A DNA stretch of 60,573 nt, counting the filler. It is 7 parts of 7 records of this genome, joined end to end, with 100 filler letters (N's around TTAATTAATTAA, not from the genome) between each part and the next. Parts side by side here need not be neighbours in the genome. Positions count along the whole stretch, not along the records: positions 45,415 to 50,960 come from SRR31156797_28435; positions 51,061 to 60,573 come from SRR31156797_28448; 5 more parts are not named here. One strand, given 5' to 3'. This document shows positions 48,909-59,100 of this stretch, in pieces (the first letter of the stretch is position 1; the number at the start of each line of letters is the position of its first letter). The notes below the pieces were generated by a model. The model had not been told where the DNA came from, did not search any database, and was given only the letters and a program-made list of their open reading frames with translations. A program made the translations under genes and the position numbers.

Positions 48909-50501
48909 ATGCAGCGTGTAACAAGAAGAACCATAACAGTAGCATTAGCATTTGGATTTTTCCTGTCGGGATTAGCCCAGTTAAAACCGATAAAAAACGA
49001 TCAGTTTTGGGATACTGTTGATGGCGATCCTATCTATAGTCAGGGCGGAGGTATTTTTACTTTTAAAGACCCGGAAAGCGGAGTGGAAAAATACTATTGG
49101 TATGGTGCTTTTTACAAGGAAGCGGAGTTATATCGTAATGATCCATCCTACACGCAACCCAAAGATAATTTTGTGGCGGTCACTTGCTATTCTTCCACTG
49201 ATTTAGTCAACTGGACATTTGAAAGCCATGTACTGGATAGAAATGAGGTGGATCAACATTATGAGAATACGCGCTGGATGGGCAGGTTGGGTGTTGCCTA
49301 TATCTCCGAAATAGAAAAATATGCCCTGTTTATTCAGCATGATAATGGCGTTTTAATTGCTTTGGCCGATTCTCCAAACGGCGCGTTTAAATGGCATCAG
49401 CGCTTGGATATGACCGAAACCATTGGTACACCCAATACCGGTGATCAAACCCTTTTTACCGATCCTGATAGCGGAAAATCCTACCTGGTATATTCCTATG
49501 GCCGAGGTAGAAATAAGATTTACATTTCGGAAATAGGTGTAAAAAATGGGATGGTTGATTTACTGGATTGTACCGAGGTTTTCAGAGGAAAGGGTAGGGA
49601 AGGCAATTGTATGGTGAAGCACAAAGACAAATACTATATTTTTGCTTCGAACCTGTATGGATGGGATTCTTCTTATGCATATTATTTGGTTTCGGATAAT
49701 GTAAAAGGCCCATTTATACCTGCTAACGAAATGCTGATTACACCGGGTTGTATGGATGATTATGCCCATATTACACAAACCGGATTTTTTGTCAATGTAA
49801 AAGGAAGCAAGCAGGAAACAGTGGTTTATTGTGGAGACCGTTGGGCCAATTTTGCCGGAAATGGTTTGGGCTACAATCAGTGGTTTCCCATGTCTTTTAC
49901 CGGAGAAACACCATATTTTAATTCTTTGCATTCCTGGAAATTGGATGCCCTTACTGGAGAGTGGGAAGTGGCAGATGACAATAACTATGTGCGAAACGGA
50001 AGTTTTGAGGCCGATCGCAGGCATATTCCATCGCCTGTAAAACCCATTCAGGAACAACTGAAAGGATGGACAACGGTGATTTACCAAGGTAATGAGATCG
50101 TGATTGAAGATAAGGCATCGCCGGTTCTGAATTACTTTAATACCCGTGAAGACAGAAAGCAGGTAGTGGGTGAAAAAAGCCTGAATATCGAAGATCAGAT
50201 TCCGTTTAAACGTAAAGTTTATCAAACCATAGAATCTACTCCATTTGTACAATTGGAGGATGGAAAATACGTCTTATCTGCAAAAATAAAGCATAACAAT
50301 CAGTTTACGCACTTGGAAATGTATGCAGAGAGTGGAGGCAAATCTGGCTCTCTTAAGCTAAGTAAAGGAAATATTGACTGGACTGAAATAATTCTGGATA
50401 ATGTGCGCGTAAAAAATGGCAAAGTGGAAATAGGCTTTAAAGCCGAAGGAGAAGCTGGTGCCAGTTGCCAGATTGATGATGTTTCTTTGGTAAAAAAGTA
50501 G
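48909..50501 (+). CDS. GH43 glycoside hydrolase (GH43_24-like beta-galactanase) with C-terminal CBM-like domain
   Basis: IYSQGGG...YYWYG, CYSSTDLVNW, GDQTLFTD, REG, TQ, YCGDRW; NGSFE-initiated beta-sandwich. Confidence 0.82.
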   Translation: MQRVTRRTITVALAFGFFLSGLAQLKPIKNDQFWDTVDGDPIYSQGGGIFTFKDPESGVEKYYWYGAFYKEAELYRNDPSYTQPKDNFVAVTCYSSTDLVNWTFESHVLDRNEVDQHYENTRWMGRLGVAYISEIEKYALFIQHDNGVLIALADSPNGAFKWHQRLDMTETIGTPNTGDQTLFTDPDSGKSYLVYSYGRGRNKIYISEIGVKNGMVDLLDCTEVFRGKGREGNCMVKHKDKYYIFASNLYGWDSSYAYYLVSDNVKGPFIPANEMLITPGCMDDYAHITQTGFFVNVKGSKQETVVYCGDRWANFAGNGLGYNQWFPMSFTGETPYFNSLHSWKLDALTGEWEVADDNNYVRNGSFEADRRHIPSPVKPIQEQLKGWTTVIYQGNEIVIEDKASPVLNYFNTREDRKQVVGEKSLNIEDQIPFKRKVYQTIESTPFVQLEDGKYVLSAKIKHNNQFTHLEMYAESGGKSGSLKLSKGNIDWTEIILDNVRVKNGKVEIGFKAEGEAGASCQIDDVSLVKK

Positions 50502-50519
50502 CAGAAAGTATTCCTAAAA

Positions 50520-50777
50520 AAGTTCTTGGCAGCATTTCATTTTAAAATGGGCTCAAATTTTTGGAAAGGCAGCATTTCTGTGCCAAAAAGTACACAATGC
50601 AAAGATTTGTGTTGATTTCATTAAAAAAATGGCCACAATTCAAGGAATTGGGGCTATTTTATTTTGTAATGAAGCCAAATCACGGATTTGAATCCATTTT
50701 ATCTCCGCAAAGCACACAATGCAAGGATTTGGGTCCATTTCATTTTAAAATGACGCCAAATCCAACATAAGGAATTG
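50520..50777. repeat. Degenerate tandem array of ~40-41 bp partly palindromic units
   Basis: Units start near 50520, 50561, 50601, 50642, 50682, 50723; recurring AAGGA(T/A)TTG, CATTT, CATTTTAAAATG and AAG(T/C)ACACAATGC. Confidence 0.7.
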
Positions 50778-50960
50778 TTAACTGGGTAAAAACCGGATTT
50801 TCAATACTACAAGCTAAAGCTGAAAGCCTTTTATTTCAAAGCTTAGGGCATCGTATGAATATTCTAAAAAAGATATTGATATTCTCATTTAGAGTAATTT
50901 GCAAGCTGTAAATCGGCTCTCCTCCTTAAGAAGCTACTCTTTTAACTCTTTATTGTTAAA

Positions 50961-51060
50961 NNNNNNNNNNNNNNNNNNNNNNNNNNNNNNNNNNNNNNNN
51001 NNNNTTAATTAATTAANNNNNNNNNNNNNNNNNNNNNNNNNNNNNNNNNNNNNNNNNNNN
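50961..51060. other. Artificial contig linker
   Basis: N-run + TTAATTAATTAA + N-run. Confidence 0.99.
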
Positions 51061-53694
51061 TGGACCATGTATCCCTTTTCCACCCAGAATCAAAAAGATT
51101 ATTACAATCTCATGGACGTTTACCTGGATGCCGCCTTCTTCCCCAAAATCGAAGCGCTGAGTTTCAAACAGGAGGGGCACAGATTGGAACTGGAAGGCGA
51201 AGGTGCCGAAACCCAGTTGGTTTACAAAGGTGTCGTATACAATGAAATGAAGGGGGCCATGTCTTCTCCGGACCAGGTCATGGTACGATCACTGCTGAAC
51301 GCCCTCTATCCGGACACGACCTATAGCAGCAATTCGGGCGGAGAACCATCCGCCATTCCCTCACTTACCTATGAAGCACTCAAAGCGTTTCATGCCAGGC
51401 ACTACCATCCGAGCAATTCATATTTCTACACTTACGGGAATCTGCCGCTGAAAGATCACCTGAACTTCATCCAAAAACGAGTGTTGAACCGATTTTCCCG
51501 GATCGACCCGAAAACCGATGTGCCTGCACAACCCCGATGGTCGACGTCGAAAACGGTCTCCTACCCCTACCCAATGAGCCGGGACGAAGACCCGGAAAAG
51601 AAATACCAGGCCTGTGTGGCGTGGCTGATGAATGACATCAAGGATACCTTCGAAGTATTGGTAATGGCTGTCATCGAACAGATCCTCATCGGAAACGCCG
51701 CATCTCCCCTCAGGAAAGCACTGCTGGAAAGCCGCCTTGGCACCTCCCTTTCCGATGGAACCGGGTATGATGCTGAAAATAGGGACACGCTCTTCTCCAT
51801 TGGCCTGAAAGATGTGTCCGCTTCCGATGCCGAAAAAGTAGAAGGGATCGTTTTCGACGTCTTGAAGACGCTCGTGAACGAAGGGATCGATCCGGAATTG
51901 GTGAAATCGGCCATCCACCAGATCGAATTTCATCGAAAAGAGGTTACAAATACCCCCTACCCCTACGGCATCAAACTGCTGATTGGCGTTACGGCCAGTT
52001 GGCTTCACGGAGGAGATCCGGAACGAATTCTTCAGTTGGATACCGACTTTACCCGTCTTCGCACAGCCTTGGAGGGCAAAGGCTTTCTCGAAGAAAAGAT
52101 ACGGACCTGTTTTCTTGACAACCCACACAGGATCCTTTTTTCACTGGTTCCCGACCAGGAGATGGCCGAAAAAGAGAACCTGCGTGTTCAAAAAGAGTTG
52201 GCAGACAAGTTGGCCACCATGGACACGTCTGACCGGCAGCGCATCCGAGAAGAAGCGGCAGCCCTCGAAAAGCTGCAGGAGGCACGGGAAAGCCTCGAAT
52301 CACTTCCGACCCTCCAACGCGAGGACATTCCTCCAACCGTTGTTTGTATTTCTCCAACGTCGGAAACGGTTAATCCCCCAGCTACACGTTATGCCCCGAA
52401 CACATCGGGAATTTTTTACGTCTCCGGCGGGTTGGGTGCGGGAAAGATTGACGACAACCTTTTACCATTGCTCCCGTTCTTCTGTTATTCTGTTTCTAAA
52501 GTCGGCACCAGCCAATTCGATTATACACAAATGGCACGTCGTATGGACCTTTATACCGGCGGTATCGGCCTGTCCGCCAATGCGAGGACCCGATTCGATG
52601 AAAAGAGAAATTGCCTTCCGTTCGTCTCTTTCAGCGGAAAATGCCTGAACCGAAACCAGGAGAAAATGTTCGACATCCTGACACAATTTGTTTCAAAAGT
52701 GGATTTTTCGGATCACACCAGACTGCAGCAATTGATGTTGGAATTCCGTGCAGGACTCGAGGCGGCTGTTGTACACAATGGGCACCGCCTGGCCATATCC
52801 CTGGCCTCCAGAAACTTTTCAAAAACCAATTATCTTCAGGAAGCATGGGGTGGTGTGCATCAGTTACACGCCATAAAACAGCTCGAAGCAGAAATGGCCA
52901 ACGGCGGTGTCGAAGCTGTGGCAGAGAAGTTGAAAACCATTGGCGGTGCCCTGTTGTCTAAAAAGAATATCAACTTCGCCCTGATCGGAGAGCCGGAGGC
53001 GCTGGAGGCGGCTGACCAATCGGTCAGCGCACTGATCGATGCGCTGTCGGCGAACGGTAGCGATGGATTCACTTCGCCAACGGTATCCATCCCTACCGAT
53101 TTACCCATGGAGGGATGGAGTACCTCCACCGCCGTCTCTTTCGTGGCCCAGACGTTTCCCACCGTCCGACTCGGTCACGCGGACAGTCCGGCGCTATCGA
53201 TCATCGCAAAGTTGTTGCGATCCATGTATCTGCACCGGGAAATCCGGGAAAAAGGAGGTGCCTACGGAGGGTTCGCCATCTATAATGCCGAAGACGGCCT
53301 TTTCAGTTTCGGATCCTATCGGGATCCCCATATCGTAAATACACTGGAAGTGTATGCCAATGCGGCCGGCTTCATCCGATCGGGGGTATTTACCGATGAG
53401 GACGTTAAAGAGGCGATCCTGCAGGTCTGCTCGGAAATTGACAAACCGGACCCACCCGGCCCCGCTGCCCGCAAAGCCTTTTACCGGAAACTCGCCGGCT
53501 TGTCCGACGAAACGAGGCTCCAAAACAAAGAGAACCTGTTGGCGCTGACACGAAAATCAATCATGGATGCAGCTGACCGATATTTTACCTCGGACTCATC
53601 TGGCAAGGCAATTGCCGTGATCTCCAACAGTGAACAACTGGACGCGGCCAACAAGAAGGTTGAAGGCCTCGATCTTTCCATCCATCGGGTATAA
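51061..53694 (+). CDS. Insulinase family M16C peptidase (5'-truncated)
   Basis: WTMYPFSTQN.KDYYNLMDVYLDA, GVVYNEMKG, IREKGGAYGG, SYRDP; HxxEH lies beyond the contig start. Confidence 0.93.
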   Translation, partial: WTMYPFSTQNQKDYYNLMDVYLDAAFFPKIEALSFKQEGHRLELEGEGAETQLVYKGVVYNEMKGAMSSPDQVMVRSLLNALYPDTTYSSNSGGEPSAIPSLTYEALKAFHARHYHPSNSYFYTYGNLPLKDHLNFIQKRVLNRFSRIDPKTDVPAQPRWSTSKTVSYPYPMSRDEDPEKKYQACVAWLMNDIKDTFEVLVMAVIEQILIGNAASPLRKALLESRLGTSLSDGTGYDAENRDTLFSIGLKDVSASDAEKVEGIVFDVLKTLVNEGIDPELVKSAIHQIEFHRKEVTNTPYPYGIKLLIGVTASWLHGGDPERILQLDTDFTRLRTALEGKGFLEEKIRTCFLDNPHRILFSLVPDQEMAEKENLRVQKELADKLATMDTSDRQRIREEAAALEKLQEARESLESLPTLQREDIPPTVVCISPTSETVNPPATRYAPNTSGIFYVSGGLGAGKIDDNLLPLLPFFCYSVSKVGTSQFDYTQMARRMDLYTGGIGLSANARTRFDEKRNCLPFVSFSGKCLNRNQEKMFDILTQFVSKVDFSDHTRLQQLMLEFRAGLEAAVVHNGHRLAISLASRNFSKTNYLQEAWGGVHQLHAIKQLEAEMANGGVEAVAEKLKTIGGALLSKKNINFALIGEPEALEAADQSVSALIDALSANGSDGFTSPTVSIPTDLPMEGWSTSTAVSFVAQTFPTVRLGHADSPALSIIAKLLRSMYLHREIREKGGAYGGFAIYNAEDGLFSFGSYRDPHIVNTLEVYANAAGFIRSGVFTDEDVKEAILQVCSEIDKPDPPGPAARKAFYRKLAGLSDETRLQNKENLLALTRKSIMDAADRYFTSDSSGKAIAVISNSEQLDAANKKVEGLDLSIHRV

Positions 53695-53755
53695 GTGCCC
53701 AAAAGTAGAGACGCTGACGTTAAAAGAAGCATAAGGGGAAGGGAGAATTTCATCA

Positions 53756-54688
53756 ATGAACAATGCGACACAGCAATCTCAATATGTGGAGACAACCGAG
53801 CAACCGAGCGCAACGGATTTGCCCCGCCTGAAAAAGCTCGGGGAGACGATGACAAACCACGGCAGGGAGATGGCGCTCGCGCTGATTTTTTTAATTCTGG
53901 GCCTGCTCATCGTTCGTTGGCTGGACAAAGGGTTGCGCGCCGGCATGGGCAAATTGTCGATCAAGCCATCGCATGTCATGACCATCGGTAATGTTATCTA
54001 TGTCATCCTTGTGGCGCTCGTTGTCACCGCGGCAGCCGTACAAATGGGTGCAAAGCCGGTGAACATGCTGCGGCTGATCACCATCATTACACTGATCGCA
54101 ACGGGCGTTCTCATCTTTTTGCGCCCCTTTTTGCCAACGTTGCCGTTCAAGGTGGGAAACACGGTAAAAGCCGGCGACCTTTTAGGAAAAGTAGAAGCCA
54201 TTTCTTTTTTGAATACGAGATTGAAAACCTTTGACGGCAAAACCTTTTTTGTTCCCAACCGAAAAATCTTAGACGACATTGTTATCAACTACCACTTCAC
54301 CCAAACGCGTCGTTTAAAACTTGACGCAACGATCCGCTACGACCAGGATCTATTGAAAGCCAAACGTGTCTTGGAAGCTGTAATGACGGCGGACCCCCGG
54401 GTAAAAGAGAAACCGGGTCCGATGGTTTACGTGCTCCATTTAACAAAAAACGGAGTTGACATTGGGGGCCGCTGCTGGGTTGACAATAAAGACTACTGGG
54501 TCGCCCGCTGCGATCTTCACGAGAAAATCAAATTGCGGTTCGACCAGGAAGGCATCTGTTTCGCTTATCCGCAACTGGATCTTCATGTCAAAAACGATCC
54601 TGCCTCCTGTAGCGCAGCAGGCGCCGAATTTCCGGATGGTTACAAGGATACCTATGATCACGAACCGCACAATGAATTAGATACATAA
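53756..54688 (+). CDS. mscS: Small-conductance mechanosensitive channel family protein
   Basis: 3 TM helices, PFKVG..V.....GKV..I....T.L.TFDG....VPN, IN, AYPQ.D.H. Confidence 0.85.
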   Translation: MNNATQQSQYVETTEQPSATDLPRLKKLGETMTNHGREMALALIFLILGLLIVRWLDKGLRAGMGKLSIKPSHVMTIGNVIYVILVALVVTAAAVQMGAKPVNMLRLITIITLIATGVLIFLRPFLPTLPFKVGNTVKAGDLLGKVEAISFLNTRLKTFDGKTFFVPNRKILDDIVINYHFTQTRRLKLDATIRYDQDLLKAKRVLEAVMTADPRVKEKPGPMVYVLHLTKNGVDIGGRCWVDNKDYWVARCDLHEKIKLRFDQEGICFAYPQLDLHVKNDPASCSAAGAEFPDGYKDTYDHEPHNELDT

Positions 54689-54697
54689 GGAGGGACC

Positions 54698-55018
54698 ATG
54701 AAAATAGCCGAGGGGTTGGAAATCATCAAACACGGATGGATCCGCAAACCGAAAGGGTTTCGTGTTCGATTTCAAAAACAGACCGAAAACGGAATCGAAG
54801 AGGTATTATCACCACCCGATGGAATCGCACCGCTGAATTCAGACGTTACCGCCTGGCGATATGCATGGAAGCTTTGGCAGGCCTCCTTGAAGGCATATGA
54901 AACAGAATCGGAAGGGGCTCTTTACAACATCACCGTTGTGGATGATCTGAATCAGCCAACTCTTTATTACGGTACAGGTGATGTCGAGATATACAATCCG
55001 AAAGAGGCCGTATCTTGA
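54698..55018 (+). CDS. Hypothetical protein, 106 aa
   Basis: Strong SD AAGGAGG, 9 nt after the mscS stop. Confidence 0.75.
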   Translation: MKIAEGLEIIKHGWIRKPKGFRVRFQKQTENGIEEVLSPPDGIAPLNSDVTAWRYAWKLWQASLKAYETESEGALYNITVVDDLNQPTLYYGTGDVEIYNPKEAVS

Positions 55019-55072
55019 AACCAGGGTAAGCGGAGACGCTAAGGGCTCGGATGTAAGGATGCAGACGAAAAA

Positions 55073-55612
55073 ATGAGCGTCATTTTCAAACACCAGCAGC
55101 TGAAAGCAGTCGGTTTTTTCCTTCTTGGCCTGCTGTATCTTTTTGAGCCGGCCGTAGCAGGAAAAATCTATACGTGGGTAGATGGAGAGGGAAATGTCCA
55201 CATCTACGACAAACCGCCCACGGACGAACGTGTTGTAGAAAAAATCATCCATTATCAGGCTCCCCCGCCCAAAAAAAGATCCCAAGAGAACGGGGTCCGG
55301 AAAAAACAGGCAGCCGATGTTGAAAAAAAGCTCAAGCGCCTGAAGGAACGGAAAGCACAGATTGAAGCGATCGTTGAAGAAAACGAAACGACCATCATGG
55401 AGGCCGAAAAAGACGTCGCCCGCTATAGAAAAAGAAGTGGCGCCTATGCACGCAGGAATAAAAAGATTTATGAGCGGCAACTGGTCGTGCTAAGAAACAA
55501 TCTGATGACCTATCAGAAAAATTTGCAATATGTGGAAGAGGACATTTCCGAAACCGAACAATCCATCAAGGAATTGAAACAGAAATCTGAATCGGAAAAC
55601 CGGAATCATTGA
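55073..55612 (+). CDS. DUF4124-domain secreted protein with coiled-coil tail
   Basis: Signal peptide AVA, IYTWVDGEGNVHIYDKPP. Confidence 0.8.
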   Translation: MSVIFKHQQLKAVGFFLLGLLYLFEPAVAGKIYTWVDGEGNVHIYDKPPTDERVVEKIIHYQAPPPKKRSQENGVRKKQAADVEKKLKRLKERKAQIEAIVEENETTIMEAEKDVARYRKRSGAYARRNKKIYERQLVVLRNNLMTYQKNLQYVEEDISETEQSIKELKQKSESENRNH

Positions 55613-55641
55613 ACCGCGACTTGAAGCGATATACAACTATA

Positions 55642-55671
55642 AAGGGAGATGGCATTAACCCCATCTCCCTT
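55642..55671. terminator. Probable bidirectional terminator
   Basis: Perfect 11-bp stem AAGGGAGATGG/CCATCTCCCTT between convergent genes. Confidence 0.75.
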
Positions 55672-55724
55672 CGTTGTTCTATTTTTGATACATTACCGCA
55701 TCTGAATTTCTATGCGACGGACAA

Positions 55725-56045
55725 TCATTCCATGGCCGAAAGGTTCGTAAACGATTCTTTTAAAATACCTTCCGCCGCTTTTTCGCTATCAACGACATAG
55801 GTGCCGTTTTGAACCTCCGACTGAATCTTAGCAACCAAATCCTCTCGGACATCAGGCGCAGAGGAAACAGCCCTTTGGGCCTCGGCCATCATTTTCCCTC
55901 TTCCGCTCAGCGCTACCTTATCCTGCAAAGATATGGGGTTCGTGGAAGATTGCCCTGATTTTTTTGTCTCCTGGCTATCGTCCTGTGTATTTGCATTTTT
56001 GTACACATTTAACTGGGTCTGAAGTTCGCTTCCGTTGATTTTCAT
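55725..56045 (-). CDS. flgM: Anti-sigma28 factor FlgM
   Basis: MKI..., DKVALS, PDVREDLVAKIQSEVQNGTYVVDSEKAAEGIL; sigma28 -10-like GCCAATAA upstream (56081-56088). Confidence 0.9.
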   Translation of the reverse strand: MKINGSELQTQLNVYKNANTQDDSQETKKSGQSSTNPISLQDKVALSGRGKMMAEAQRAVSSAPDVREDLVAKIQSEVQNGTYVVDSEKAAEGILKESFTNLSAME

Positions 56046-56195
56046 TTTCGCTACTCCTTGTTGTTCATTGGGTACCTACATTATTGGCGGTTGAACCAAA
56101 AACAAAAGCTTTTTTTTCAAAAAAATGAAAATTCGTACCATTTGTATACATAATAATACAGAACAGCTATCCGTAATCCGGTATTTTAGGATAGG

Positions 56196-59100
56196 ATGAA
56201 AACAGCACTGAAAATTTTAGCGAAGATGACCTCACTTTTCATGGTCGTTTTATTGCTGGCAATCCTGGGCTTCCTGGGTTGGATAAAATCGGATCATTGT
56301 CTTTTGTGGGTGCAGAGAAAAATCAACGCCGCGATTCCGGGACAAATTTTCATCGAATCCCATACGCTATCTTTTTTCCCACTTCAGATCAATCTCTACG
56401 ACACGGTTCTTTCTGACGATAAGGAGACCTCGCTGGCCGGCTTCTCTCATCTCCTTGTCCGGGTGAACATTCCGGCCTTCTTAGAGAAGGCGATCGTTTT
56501 CGAGACCCTCTCACTGGAGTCACCCTGGGCAGCTATTAGCGTTCAAGAAAACGGAAAGTTAAACATCGTCGCGGCCTTGTCCTCCGGCTCCGCCAAGGAG
56601 GATCAAGTGACGGACAAACAAGGTTTTCCGCTAAACCTTGTTTTTCATGCCATTCATCTGACCGATGGGAAATTTCAGCTTAAAAGTACAAATGGATCCC
56701 TTCCCCTCGAAGCATCCGGAATCGATATTTCCGCCAAGGGCAACCTCAAGGAACGCTCCGGAAATCTGGAATTAAACGTTCCTCACCTTACATTTTCCGG
56801 ATCCGGGTTTCACCCGGAACCGGCGAAGGTGAGCCTATCTGCAAGGTTGGAGGGAGATCGCCTGGACATCCCTGGCTTAAACCTGACGTCCGGGTTGTCC
56901 GCCTTGCATCTCTCCGGAACGACAACGGGATTCTTACCTGAACCGGAAGTGGATGCGGTTATTTCCATAACAAGCCGGCTTTCCGAATTGAAGACACTCC
57001 TTGACATCAAAGGAGACTATCAAGGGCCGGTTTCGATTAAGATCGAAGCCAAAGGAAAAGTGAAGAACCCTATGGCCGATCTAGCCTTGACCCTTGGAAA
57101 AGGCCGGGTTGCCGGGCAACCCGTGGACCAGGCCAACCTGCTCTTATCTTTGCAGGACAGAAAGGTGGAGATCAGGGAAGCGACTTGGCGCTTGGCCGGT
57201 GGAGCCATCACCCTTGGTGGAGCTATCGATTTGCAAACTACCTTTCCATCAGGCCTGCTGGTTCCCCCGAAAAATCCGGAAACCATCGCCTATTCCTTGA
57301 ACCTTGAAACCGACATTCCAAACCTCCAGCCCTGGTTGGAAAAGCACTTTGAACTGAAAGGAAAAGCGACCTTGGAGGCTTCCATCACAGGGAAAGGATT
57401 CGTCTGGCCTGACCTCTCCGCGGCTGTATCGATGAAAGCAGGTGCAAGCGATTTGATCGCTCCCGGCATGGATCGTTCAATCGGTGCGGACGCGACGGTA
57501 ACAGCAGAAGTGGGGGGGGACGGCATCCATCTTTCACTTTTGGAAATCACTTCAGATGATGCCAGATTGAGCGGCGAAGGCAACCTTCAAATGGATAGAC
57601 GGACCGTTGACGGGAACGTTTCGCTGGCCGCAGATGAACTCTCCAGAATCCTAACCGTAGTTGGGGTCCCCTTTGTCGGCGGCTCCCTCGAGACGTCGAT
57701 GATCGTTGGCGGCACCTTGGAAAAGCCCCACTTTTCCGCATCTTTTACATCGAAGGACCTCAAGCTGGACAGGGTTACGATGGGTGATATCGAGACAGAG
57801 GTAAGGCTGGAAAACGAGACCCTCCGGGTAGAACAGTTTACATTGATCAACAAGGATTCGAAGATTGCAGCGACCGGGAACATCAGGTTATTTACCCAAG
57901 GAAGTTTCTTTAAACCCGTCAAGGATCCCGAATTCAATCTCACACTCTCATCGGAGCAGTTCAATCCCAAGCATTTTATTGATTCGGCAAGCGGCAATTT
58001 TAAAATGAGAGGATCGCTGTCCGGCAGCATAGGCGATCCGGCAGGCAATATCGTGCTGGCAGGAGACCAGATCGACCTTTTCGGGCAAACCATCCAATCC
58101 ATGACGTTCGACGCGCGCCTTGAAAAAGGGCGTTTGTGGCTGGATAAGGTATTGGCGGAACTCGTCCCCGGTGAACAGGTTCGGGGAGGCGGGTGGCTGG
58201 ATATGGACCAAACCATGGACCTGCACCTGCGCTCTGACAGCATTGATATCTCCCACATTCAACCGCTGAAAGATATTTTTCCAGGTGGTAGTCTGCTGGA
58301 ACTCGATGTTTCCGCACAAGGCGTAATGCAAAACCCGGAGATCGACGGTCGACTGACCGTGACCGACATTGTCGTCAACGGAGAACCCATTGACGACATC
58401 AAACTCCACGTCTACCTCAAAGAGATGCAGGCCAAGGCCGTCGGAAATTTGAATTTTGACATCGACGCAGACTACGATGTGAGAAAGGGAGATTTTAACG
58501 CCAGTTTCCTGTTTGACCAGACCGAAACCCGAGACTATTTCAAGGCGGCAGGGATACAGGATATCAATGGAACCTTATCCGGACATGTAAAAGCAGCCGG
58601 CAACGTGAACCAAATCGATCAACTCTCCGCCGATTTGGTTCTGAAAGACATTGGCCTTTTTCATAAGGGTCAAACACTGTTCCGATCCGAACATCTCGCA
58701 GCACGGCTGGAAAACAGCAAGCTTTCCATTCCCGAATTTGAAGTGGAATTGCTTTCTTCGGGTCACATAAAGGTAAAAGGTGAGGCCGATTTGGGAGGTT
58801 CCCTTGATTTTACTGCCGACGGCCGCATCCCCATAGCCGCTGCTGCCCCTTTTACGGAACTGCTCACCGAAGCGGAAGGGTTCATCTCTATCAAGGGCAG
58901 CCTTTCCGGAAAACCGAATTCTGCCCGGTACGATGCCCGCATCGATCTGGAAAACATCGGAGTCACGGTGCCGGAGCTGGCCCAGCAACTTCACGGTCTC
59001 AATGGGACCATTGTTTTGACCCCCGATGTGATCCAACTCGACGATTGCAATGGCTTTTTGGATACGGGGTCGTTTTCGATTGAGGGCACCATTGGCCATG

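Noticed and set aside
50520-50777. CRISPR array, or the 69-aa ORF at 50561-50770
   Set aside because: No identical repeats with unique spacers and no cas genes. The ORF merely reads through the repeats, whose period is not a constant multiple of 3.
13673-51060. Six recurring TTAATTAATTAA palindromes and apparent archaeal-bacterial gene juxtapositions
   Set aside because: Identical 100-nt N-padded linkers are assembly joins. Nothing across them is genuine linkage or horizontal transfer.
15258-53694. Two M16C peptidases as a duplication
   Set aside because: They lie on different contigs with different composition and are divergent housekeeping homologues.
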